Source: Synechococcus sp.
GTDB taxonomy: Bacteria > Cyanobacteriota > Cyanobacteriia > Thermostichales > PCC-7336
Length of the DNA stretch: 64,000 bases
Assembly (NCBI GenBank): GCA_051439605.1
Contig: JBFRWN010000017.1
Location: 64,001-128,000 of the forward strand
Direction of reading: 5' to 3'
How positions within the stretch are numbered: the stretch's first letter is position 1; each line of letters begins with the position of its first letter. The position numbers were made by a program, and so were the translations under genes. A model generated the notes under the pieces. That model ran no database searches. It was not told the origin of the DNA and saw nothing but the letters and a program-made list of their open reading frames with translations. Positions 30,901 to 36,573 of this stretch are shown one piece after another.

Positions 30901-31822
30901 AGTCGGTGCTGCTTTGGGAGGGGGGTCGCAGCTCGCCTCAGATTATGCCAGAGGGGAACGGTCTTCGATAGGGAGCGTCCTGTTTTCTGCGGCAGCGGGT
31001 GGTTTGGGCTTCGTCTTTGGCCCAACACTTGTAAATGCCATGTTGCAAAATGCCCTGGGAACGTGGCTGCTTTCGGGGCTCTTGGCAAAAGGGCTGGCGG
31101 ACTCTTACGAAACAATTCGTTCTGCATTTTCGAGTGGCGATCCCTCCCGAAAATTAGCGGGTTTACTATCAGTTGGCTTGGATCTGGGATTGTTTGATGG
31201 GATCGCTAATCCGCGGGCATTGCTGCGTGGTGCTCTTGATGGAGGGGCAATCGGGTTCAGGAAACAATTCAGCAAGCTATCCGACAACATTCGTGGGCTT
31301 GCCGATAATTTTGGTGGGTTTGCTGATAACTTACGCAGCAAAAATAATGGTTTAAGTGGAGCTGATGACGCCCTAGATCCTGGCAGCTTAGACACGATTG
31401 GTGGAAAGGCTAATAGCGCATCTCCGTTCAGCACGGTTGAAGAATTAGCAGAACTAGGTGTTCAAGCAAATCGGGTTCGTCCCGGAACAAATGGGAAAGT
31501 AGCGCTCATAGGTCGTGGCATGAGTCAAATAGGTGAAAAAGCAGATATTTTAAGGGACAAAGGCTTTGACGTCGAGATTTTTGACAATACTCAGATTCCA
31601 AATACTGTTCTTCAAGGATTCAACGATGCTATGAAGCTTGGGGCAAATGCAGGTGATCTTAAGAAAATTGAACTGTTCGAGCTAAATCGAGAGTGGGCCC
31701 AGAAATTAAAAGACCAAGGTTATACTGTTATTGATACTGGCGATCCACTTGGACGATTCAATGAAAGTGGTTTTAGCATTTTCTATACACTTGAAAAATC
31801 AATTTTATTCCCAGGAGATTAG
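18902..31822 (+). CDS. Giant RHS/YD-repeat polymorphic toxin with cadherin/putative-Ig repeats (4306 aa)
   Basis: 10 N..P.I.S.P...Y.Y...A.D.DGD.L.Y.L...P.G..ID..TG...W.P repeats; DUF6531-like RTYDS..FGYGW; many YD repeats; RHS core FAGEQFE..LGLYYLRQRYYDP.TGRF.SRD...N.Y.YA.ANPV...DPSG; divergent C-terminus. Start TTG 18902 or ATG 18923. Confidence 0.93.
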   Translation: MQLPTKIMSISKFSLTSDQNPILPWLIEDELQIGGSLKQATLDGNLFPHSGSRFSVCNTALISKEEDLHELEIVPLEADDLKNLFRSKGSHPLLSACSRVSPLSAKRSAKPDSPTRPKSSRSKHRKFSTVPSDILSNRHIDYGDLALREQSVPSLEGKESDDIQLFSVISEKKIYFNHGGDFDGDSNDLSDDTFFYANKGFIINSRPDLPVKRDEYNNPVLDNLGLPILRDRTLAVSANYRYIKAPKNLYSNLDTPQEVEAQTVNVPSWHQLRDSRISNFPAEIASVKSLSRINSRTDWSKTVPNGPSTFEMTYLRVRKGGLRIPNGTELRNTVIIVDSGTINVHSNTIFENVVLVANKGNVNLKEIEAKDLEVYASGSLNVNSRAVFEGKNVLASGKNTYFNGRTETVDADDFLQVVAQGNLTFNASADIRAELLTASTFKFNQSSTLYGSIGAKKNIHFNGYVRVFAGSHGASESPPEPDTAAPQLEVGLANDTGASDGLTSDPIVSGVVIDDRELQSLTAQFIGTTNSTAGDILSQRMADGSFQLNRTSLESLFGGELKDTSYQLEVEAIDASGNASRATLAFTLDTSLQQPSFDLARESDSEPFGDRQTSTELVTLVGQTEAGATVTLQETGASVVADETGLFEFPNVALVEGINELTTISVDTAGNQSSFIGLIERLPVKPPLVLQEEDAFTVISEKIILVPDTSSLLTFSLENVEFDKTDLAGINDAFEVALLDSSGQSLVHTIGEGHSAFFNMTEGEETILATGVTIDGQTVMLDLAGVAAGTEARLVFRLINNDRDTESSAAIQGVELIEAPGDLAPTNAPATTLSTNATPVDFSALEEVSATVRTDYQQTSWDVPNNRLIVEFTATNVGGFSLGGQLIAAVSNISALDVELVKFDGFTPEGLPYLNITQLIDDGVWSTDEATAKSQLIFSNPNQVQFDFDLKFFSQLNWSPEFVSAPELEVLAGIQYVYDASATDLDGDELTYRLLSGPEGLEIDEVTGELSWLSEAEDERTHAIALEVTDGRGGRDLQRYTLSVNSGTPNRPPTIVSFPAVETSVGTNYRYEILSRDADGDELTYRLADGPDGLEIDPSTGVLSWTPLAEQVGTQSVQVQVEDGRGGTAQQTFEIVVGDEIGNSVPFIYTEPISTVNVAQQSYTYRMGAVDADGDELTYWLVQGPQGLELDPVSGELRWDNLTAADAGLYEIEIQVLDGRGGIETQGFTLTVSNETPASIFGSVFHDLDGNGIEGGGDPNNLAKLATEDLVYYPFGTTKRVNRRTVPIPPDGLAPGYLYVTPEYSDAYTLYDLGLVPEIASANGIAISELNTDGVLIGNHNFFNIDITSFGLVRGAGDHIIGLKENPDPYIQVDYRINSFGDFAYNSDGILFVNAWPRSGKKNTILQFLPGSTKPDKEINLTSLGFPSFGPARSLYFVPEGFPGAGRFKVIDENGNSHTVILEADGNGTYDAVEVIPDIVFPDDEGDGFTPIPLGSPLFEIPSILATEGEVPGSDVTHPASVYEIDTNGSRIYSTGEQIVRFKILDDYSFYSPSWAETNAGRKTTGATVDPLTGDILFVVKSEFADDPSKTQARLFSLQGFQAPNPTEPGLEGWTVYLDENKNGQRDLEELHTTTDKYGNYAFTVEAGDYTVGLELPFGWVVNSENLQQYEVSLESGEEISRIDFAGITQTTENFSPNFISTPIADVSTDEQLLYQAISEDRNGDSLTYSAVVNPNGLAVSPNGLVSWRPTVDQVGTHDVILKVDDGRGGIDLQSFQIGVELGNQSPIFEAVPQEPIIVPVGQKFSFDFDAFDPDGDAITYRLSGTSYGGPLIDPNTGELTWYAQFNTFLPGETSQYRTFNIVADDGNGGQGFTQLSLLAVEPTLENQVPEITSTANGIAALDRPYFYSVTARDLDGDSLTYHLLDSPEGMVIDPNGLIAWQPDAEYFGDRTVTVEVSDDRGGTARQTFNLNVVSQLNNSAPAIVSNPALAATIGRQYAYDLEAIDPDGDLVALGLDSGPIGMRFDAENGKLLWTPTAEQLGPHQVSIRASDPNGASTSQTFEINVRGINVAPIISSTPSTQASVGNPYRYQVKAIDIEGDTLSYRLTDAPEGAQIDELTGLVEWIPDSVGASAIAVEVSDRFGASTDHSFYVFTAAEAINRAPAITSAPTFDATPGETYSYQVTASDPDPEDSFTFQLLNGSAGMEIDSTTGLLTWAPTADDIGRVSVTVGAVDESGAIGSQRFNLEVSTNTPPEILSEPKTAAAIGEEYQYDLRARDVDGDSLSYELVSAPEGMTVDNLGRIRWTPDSVDAGSVTVEVAVIDSRDARVNQQFELEVAIDEVAPQVEVLASNTRVGLGESISLLADAFDNVGVSSLSLTINGVEVPLDWQSFYQFEPDEVGDFVAIATATDAAGNTSTAKTLFTVFDSSDVEAPQLELLTEQLAEFITAPTELIGTVADDNLDYYSLSVAPIGTDAFTEIFRSSELVTDGILGTFDPTLLQNNAYTLRLEAIDLTGNTNTVEQTVNVSGGLKLGNFQVSFTDLAIPVSGFSIAVTRTYDSLNSNATDDFGYGWRMEFRDTDLRTSLGRDESYEQFGIRTQAFDANTRVFITLPGGERQAFTFAPEVDSISAYFPSLGQSDPTLYRPRFKADAGVTVTLEVEDVRLARTADGSFVGLNGSSYNPEDAASGFGGYYKLTTREGLVYRIDAATGDLESVENRYGDRLTFSDDSIVSSAGKTVTFERDAKGRISALVDPEGNRVRYEYDAAGDLIAVTDRENNTTQFGYSDNRSHFLDTITDPLGRQGIRSDYDESGRLSRIFDATGEAISLTYDPENSIEVLTDVYGASTLNEYNDRGNIIRRIDALGNQQFYEYDNNNNRVRETFVTDETGPQGSTTTATHRPDRKPLTVTDVTGATQKFFYDANGNVTTVLSPLGEQIRYTHDELGNILSTTDAAGRVLQTTYDRYGRPITFTDSDGNTSTLEYDSFGNITRTTDFFSNPTTYTYDIRGQRLTETHTVTNASGVAEELTTRWTYDSEGRVTATEDPAGNITSFEYDAVGNMTAITDAKLQRTELVYNDRDRLVETIYADATPEDFTDNPRSISLYDRGGRLRGEIDANGEVVHYAYDVLGRVTEVIYPGETESLEQLLAAIVPGETLESVDWTKVVYPDETPEYLKDNPRTSKEYFSDGKVKAQTDRMGNRTQYTYNASERLVETIFADDTPDDLADNLRSITLYDHRGRIRAQIDAGGHIVHYSYDAAGRIIEEIYPKESDSLEQFLAAIAPGETLESVDWAEVVYPDEAPEYLKDNPRVAMEYFSNDRVKSRTDALGNRTEYRYDKLGRLTETILADDTPDTLADNARVRVEYNEIAQVVKQIDPLGQETQFTYNKAGDLVRTTYNDGTSGTNTFNELGQQTSTTDQEGKTTQYDYDPLGRLKGIVDALDGRTDYTYDPLGLLVGSTDANQISTRYEYDSLGRRTGIELPEGERASYGYDANGNLTSYTDFNGDTTTYEYDALNRLVTADYTTNADVYYTYTPTGKIETLTDGRGITRYEYDYRDRLISRTDPDGPYIRPGGPTIEYTYDNASNRTSVITPHSTTTYTFDAQNRLETITDPDDGVTTYHYDLAGRLIQTELPNSTEERRSYDSLNRLTSITTVRFDPTTGQETVIAGYEYTLDKVGHRLQITDHDGRITRYVYDDLYRLVQERITDPNDPIHDGRTISYTYDRMGNRLTRQDSLEGVTTYTYNDNYQLLAEVSSVDGEINNTITYSYDSNGNLLSRAGSDGSSTLFEWNDANRLSRVVLPNGDEIFYVYDSAGIQVSSSINGETTTYVVDKNRPYAQVLESLNSDGLIEFSVYGLDLIAKLQGDETSVFHTDGLGSTRVVTDGEGNVQQSFDYLAFGELLGAKAAEQVDNLFAGEQFEQELGLYYLRQRYYDPNTGRFISRDAFEGFITDPLSQNRYLYAHANPVTYTDPSGYFSIGNVSASKAIKSTLSGLASRKFLVGAALGGGSQLASDYARGERSSIGSVLFSAAAGGLGFVFGPTLVNAMLQNALGTWLLSGLLAKGLADSYETIRSAFSSGDPSRKLAGLLSVGLDLGLFDGIANPRALLRGALDGGAIGFRKQFSKLSDNIRGLADNFGGFADNLRSKNNGLSGADDALDPGSLDTIGGKANSASPFSTVEELAELGVQANRVRPGTNGKVALIGRGMSQIGEKADILRDKGFDVEIFDNTQIPNTVLQGFNDAMKLGANAGDLKKIELFELNREWAQKLKDQGYTVIDTGDPLGRFNESGFSIFYTLEKSILFPGD
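28142..28990 (+). repeat. 390-nt (130-aa) internal tandem repeat in the RHS region, 2 full copies plus a partial third
   Basis: RL.ETI.AD.TP units start at 28142, 28532 and 28922; SLEQ.LAAI.PGETLESVDW..VVYPDE.PEYLKDNPR present twice. Confidence 0.9.
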
Positions 31823-31824
31823 AT

Positions 31825-32274
31825 ATGCAGTGGAGTGCAGATGATTTTGAGAAGGAAATTAGAGCCTGTAATTTTTTCCGAGAGAAATCCTATAAATTTG
31901 TAGAAAGAGAAGTTGACAAACCAGGAACCAAGTTCGAACGCTATATTTTTCGTCTTGAAAATTCTAGTGCAGATCGGTCAATCAAGATAACCTTTTTTCC
32001 ATCTCAATTCCCAGGAAAACCATCTATTTCCAGTGTTTATATTTCAAATTTATCGACAGGAGAATGGTTCGATATTGAACACTACATAAAGCAGTATCAT
32101 GGCATTGAAATCAATCCTGAGGGGTTCCGATATAGCAGTTATTCTGGGACTTTTGAAGAAAAAGTACGCGGTTTCCTGGACTTTTCAACCAGACTATTGG
32201 AGAAATATGCCAAGCCAACTTTGCAAGGTACCGAATGGCCTGAGGTCGAGTTTGACTGGAAAGGATATAAATAG
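31825..32274 (+). CDS. Putative cognate immunity protein
   Basis: 149-aa AT-rich ORF starting 2 nt after the RHS stop codon, the usual toxin-immunity arrangement. Confidence 0.7.
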   Translation: MQWSADDFEKEIRACNFFREKSYKFVEREVDKPGTKFERYIFRLENSSADRSIKITFFPSQFPGKPSISSVYISNLSTGEWFDIEHYIKQYHGIEINPEGFRYSSYSGTFEEKVRGFLDFSTRLLEKYAKPTLQGTEWPEVEFDWKGYK

Positions 32275-32771
32275 AGATGGCTGTATGTGGCGATTGGCAA
32301 TCTTTTGATGCGATCAAAAGCAAAGTGCATTTGCAGCTTAAAGTTGTATTAACAACCCGGTTCTATAGGTGTTGCGGGGAGTTGGACAACAAAGTCTGTA
32401 ACATGCTAGCGAGCAGAGCCTTGCCTCACTAATTGGTAATGTTGGCAAATGCGAGAAACCCAGATACAAGGGTATTTACTCTTGGGAAAACTCTTGAGGA
32501 GGCCTTATCCAAGAGCGAAGTAATGACCAGACTTCCTCACAAATTCAGTCTCCATCATCATTTCGAGCATATTCACTCGCACTGTGACAAACCGTCTGAT
32601 GAAGACAGCCCCAGTCCTCCAGAGGATTGTCGAAGGTGTACCCATCCGTATTAACCAGGGTTCCTTCAGCAATCATTGATTTGAGGATGAGTTCGATAGT
32701 TACTTCGCTTTGTTCGGCCATGTTGGATCTCTTCCCAGAATCATCTACTGTTTATTGAGTGATTCAAGACC

Positions 32772-32957
32772 TTATTGCAACTCCTCAACGGTTGCAGGGG
32801 CCACAGCAGGTAGCCGTCTCCGCTTAGCTTTCCCCTCCTCCGGTTTAGGCGGAAGTGTCGCTACTAGGTACAGTGAAGCTTTGCGCTGATAAACTAAAAC
32901 TCGATAACCTTGTGATCGCCTATTGACGATCTCTACGGTCCATTGTTTCCGAGACAT
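32772..32957 (-). pseudogene. Truncated N-terminus of a cyanobacterial tyrosine integrase
   Basis: VYQRKASLYLVATLPPKP resembles the LYL.ATLPPKP N-terminal motif of cyanobacterial site-specific integrases; stops after ~61 aa; adjacent to a tRNA. Confidence 0.65.
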
Positions 32958-33084
32958 ATCCAGATGGTTCAAAGTTGGCTCAAAAAAGTTGGTTATTCCA
33001 GGCTTTTTGAGTCTATTTTCGGTTGGTCTCTGTTGTCCGGAATGGTTGTAGAAACCAGTTCAAAAGTTTGTGGCGCAAGGTTTT

Positions 33085-33158
33085 GGGGCTGTGGCACAGT
33101 TGGATAGCGCGAGCGCCTCCTAAGCGCTAGGTCGTGGGTTCGAATCCCGCCAGCCCCG
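33085..33158 (+). tRNA. trnR: tRNA-Arg (CCT)
   Basis: GGGGCTG/CAGCCCC acceptor stem, AGCGC-CTCCTAA-GCGCT anticodon arm, GTTCGAATC T-loop; one A-C mismatch in the D stem. Confidence 0.93.
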
Positions 33159-33658
33159 CTACAATAATCAAGTTTAGATCCAACCCATCCTTGGCTTCCG
33201 GTTTTTGCTGCTTTCCAATGCAATTGTCAACCATTAACCTTTATTGCGCATCTTTAACGATCCCCATTTAGGCAACCACTATTTTTGGGTTTCCTCCACC
33301 ATAGTTGGTTGGCAAGTGCTAGGGCGTTCTGACTATCAGTCTCCTAGGCGGGCGCCTGGATTGCTCTCAACTAGAACGGTCTGGAGGTTTCTACCTCAGA
33401 TGTTTTAATATCGCCCAGGTCATCAACCACAAGTAAGTCATTGCGATCGAGCTTTGTGAGGGTGACTGGCAGCTAGAGTTGCCGTTGAGCCTGCCTGAGG
33501 TGTTGCATTTAAGGCGGGGGAAGTCCTACACAGATAAGAATTCAAAAGTTTGGAAATTTTGGCTGGCTTGCCGCTGCTGCGCTGTTTTTGTTAGATGAAG
33601 CGTTAGTTGCAGCTGAATGTCTGTCTCTAGTCCGATGTTTTGAGTTGTTTGGAAACCT

Positions 33659-35815
33659 GTGAGTTTTTTCTCTTTTCAGCGATTCAGATTGCAGTGGGGA
33701 CTGCGCTTGTTGCCGGTTCGGTTAATGCTATCCATGGCAGGGCTAGCGATCTCATCTATCACCAGCGTGACGTTTCTCACGATTGACCGCGAGCGTCGAG
33801 AATTTAAGGCCGAGCTTGAAGGACAGGCAGAGCTATTGCTCAACAGTTTGGAACTGGCTGCGGTCACGTTGCAAGTGCAAGAGGAGATGCAAGCGCTCGA
33901 TTCTTTACTCCTGCCATCAACCATAGATGGGAACGATGCTTTGAGAGCAGCCCTTTACACCGTTGATGGCAGGGTCTTTGCGGGAGTTAGTGGAGGGATG
34001 AAAACAGTTTCTCCAGAAATACTAAGAAGCTTGCACCAGCGCACCACTACGCAATTTTATTGGCAATCCGATCATCTGCTCGCCGCTCGACGGGTAACCC
34101 CCCAAAATGTAGCTGGCCTGGATCGAAGCGCTAGGTCTGAACTTGCAGGCCAAATTGCTGTTGTTGAGCTGTCGACAGTCATGCTCAAGCAAGATATCCA
34201 GCGGACCTGGGTCAATGCTTTAGAGGTGGCTCTGGGGGCAGGTGCCGTGAGTACGCTGCTGGCTTTGATGTTGAGCCGCACCATTACCGGTCCCCTTAAG
34301 CAAATGGTTACGGTGACCGAGCGAATTGCCTCTGGACAGTTTTCGGAACGACTACCAGAGCGGAAGGGTGGCCAAGAACTATCGACGGTATCCGGTGCCT
34401 TCAACCGCATGAGCGAGCAATTGCAGTTGCTCGTTGCCCGACAGCGGGCCTTGGTACGCTACTCCTTAGACGCTATTGTGGTGCTCGATAGACAAGGCAA
34501 AGTTCTTGAATATAACCCTGCTGCTGAACGGATGTTTTCTCTGTCAGACGATGGGGTTATCAGCCAGCCTTTTTTTCAATTTGCTATTGACTATCCATGG
34601 CGTGAGCAGCTAGAAGCAGATGTATTGTCCGTTCAGGAGCAAAATGCCAGCTGTTTGGTAGGGCGCTGGCAAGAGGTAGAGGCTCTACGGGCTAATGGCT
34701 GTCGGTTTTGGGCTGAGGTGTCAGTAACCAACATCACAGTTCGCGACGATTCCTTATTTACCGTTACCTTGCGCGATATTACGGAGCGTCGTCAGGCCGC
34801 TACTCGCTTGCAGCAAAGCGAGGAACGATTCCGACAGATTATCCATCGGGCCCCTATTGGCATTGCGTTGGCTGATGCGGCAAGCGGCATTATCCAACAG
34901 GTTAATCCCGCTCTGTGCAATATTGTTGGCGTTGAAGAGGCAGACCTTATGGGCTGTTCCTTCGAGCAGTTGGGAATTGCCTTACCAAGGATCGGCATTC
35001 CCCCCTATGCCACCGGCGACCCACAGGAGGTTAACTCTGCGAATGTCCTGCCCGGCGATCGCTTGCCAGCTGTGCTACCCAATCAGGCTGCAGACCCTCC
35101 CTCTAGAGAGGCCAACCCTCCACCTCCTATGGGTGAGGCCGATCGGACAGAGCAGCGGTATCGATGTAGGAACGGTCAAGAGATTTGGCTGGGGATGACC
35201 GTCACGGTTCTCGTCGGGATAGGTCAGGATCCCGTTACCTTAGTCATGCTAGAGGACATTACCGAACGCAAACAAGTTGAACTCCAGCTGCGCCACGAGG
35301 CGCTGCACGACTCTCTAACGGGCCTCCCCAATCGCACCCTGTTGCTCAAGCGACTCAGCCGCGCCTGCGAACGCTTCCACTCTTTTAAAACTGGCCATGA
35401 TTTTGCTGTTCTGTTTTTAGATTGCGATCGGTTTAAAGAAATCAACGATTTGTTGGGGCACGAAGTTGGCGATCGATTGCTGATTGCTTTGGCACATCGA
35501 TTAGAAAGTTGCGTGAGGGAAGGAGATACTGTTGCCCGATTGGGTGGCGATGAATTTACTGTATTGCTGGAACATATCCGCGAGGCAGATGAAGCGCAGC
35601 GAGTGGCTAATCGGATGCTCCAATCTCTAAGATTGCCATTTGACTTAGGAGATCGTCAGGTTGTGGCCACAGTGAGTATTGGTATTGTTAACAGCCACAT
35701 TCGGTATCGCGACCCCGAAACGATTCTCAAAGATGCGGATGCTGCTATGTATAAAGCAAAGGCTCTAGGTCGCAAACAACAAACACTGTACGGCGCAATC
35801 TCAGAGTCAGGCTGA
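33659..35815 (+). CDS. Membrane diguanylate cyclase (TM-sensor-TM-HAMP-PAS-PAS-GGDEF)
   Basis: HAMP (ITGPLKQM...AFNRM), two PAS/PAC ending DITER, HDSLTGLPNR, RLGGDEF with REGD I-site; no EAL domain. Confidence 0.92.
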   Translation: MSFFSFQRFRLQWGLRLLPVRLMLSMAGLAISSITSVTFLTIDRERREFKAELEGQAELLLNSLELAAVTLQVQEEMQALDSLLLPSTIDGNDALRAALYTVDGRVFAGVSGGMKTVSPEILRSLHQRTTTQFYWQSDHLLAARRVTPQNVAGLDRSARSELAGQIAVVELSTVMLKQDIQRTWVNALEVALGAGAVSTLLALMLSRTITGPLKQMVTVTERIASGQFSERLPERKGGQELSTVSGAFNRMSEQLQLLVARQRALVRYSLDAIVVLDRQGKVLEYNPAAERMFSLSDDGVISQPFFQFAIDYPWREQLEADVLSVQEQNASCLVGRWQEVEALRANGCRFWAEVSVTNITVRDDSLFTVTLRDITERRQAATRLQQSEERFRQIIHRAPIGIALADAASGIIQQVNPALCNIVGVEEADLMGCSFEQLGIALPRIGIPPYATGDPQEVNSANVLPGDRLPAVLPNQAADPPSREANPPPPMGEADRTEQRYRCRNGQEIWLGMTVTVLVGIGQDPVTLVMLEDITERKQVELQLRHEALHDSLTGLPNRTLLLKRLSRACERFHSFKTGHDFAVLFLDCDRFKEINDLLGHEVGDRLLIALAHRLESCVREGDTVARLGGDEFTVLLEHIREADEAQRVANRMLQSLRLPFDLGDRQVVATVSIGIVNSHIRYRDPETILKDADAAMYKAKALGRKQQTLYGAISESG

Positions 35816-35914
35816 CGCGATTCATCCATCACCCGATTGGGTATCTAAGGCTATGACCTACTGTCGAGCAGCAAGAGCCGCAATACCCTATACCCAGCAA
35901 TACCATCCGCAACC

Positions 35915-36181
35915 ATGACTGCCTCTGCACCAATACGCTGCTGTGCCGCTTGCCGACGCCGTGCCCCCCGAACAGAGTTTCTGAGGATTGTACGTCAGTA
36001 TGATTCGGGAAAGGTTTGTATTGGTAGCGGCATGGGGAGATCTGCTTACTTGTGTCCGACAGAAGAGTGTATTTTCCGGATCGAGAAAAAAAATCGCTTA
36101 GCACACATTCTCCGCTCGCCTGTCCCCAAAGATATATACAAACGACTGCTTGCTATGGTTCAAACATCTCCGGATGCCTAG
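35915..36181 (+). CDS. ylxR: YlxR/DUF448 family RNA-binding protein
   Basis: PIRCCAACR...LRIVR, GMGRSAYLCP..EC, KKNRL; upstream of infB. Confidence 0.88.
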   Translation: MTASAPIRCCAACRRRAPRTEFLRIVRQYDSGKVCIGSGMGRSAYLCPTEECIFRIEKKNRLAHILRSPVPKDIYKRLLAMVQTSPDA

Positions 36182-36573
36182 TCCAAGGATGTTGATGTTG
36201 CGGTAGGACGATCCAAGAAATAGGTTTGTACGATTCAGTTAGAATGTTCTTAAGGTGAAAGTCTTTTCTCAGGTGATAGCAATAGTCTCAGGGGGAATCC
36301 TAATACTGAAGGTATTAGATAGATGAGCCATAAGTACGTTGCCATCATTCAGAACTGGTAATTCAGCTTCGAATTCGTTATTCTGGTAGACCGTCCACCC
36401 AGTGCTGCGCTCTTTGAAAACAGTGATAAGGTACCCTTGCAGTAGCTTCAAGCTGTGTGTCGCCACTCGTGACTTTTGATTAGGCTTTAGATGGGTCTTA
36501 CAGGCGTGTAATTTCCGATCTACTCCCCCCTTCTCGTTGCACCTTCGTCGATATCATCCTGACCCAACTCTAT

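Larger units (their letters stand above)
17940..33084. mobile_element. Putative degenerate genomic island (RHS toxin/immunity cargo) between tRNA-Glu and tRNA-Arg
   Basis: Flanked by two tRNA genes; contains IS relic, integrase relic and AT-rich segments; no att direct repeat found by eye. Confidence 0.55.

Noticed and set aside
32433..32721. 73-aa (+) ORF and a hand-found ~58-aa (-) frame downstream of the immunity gene; possible orphan toxin/immunity module
   Set aside because: No RHS core remnant or recognisable motif; cannot be supported.
32993..33223. 76-aa ORF across tRNA-Arg
   Set aside because: Antisense reading of the tRNA gene.
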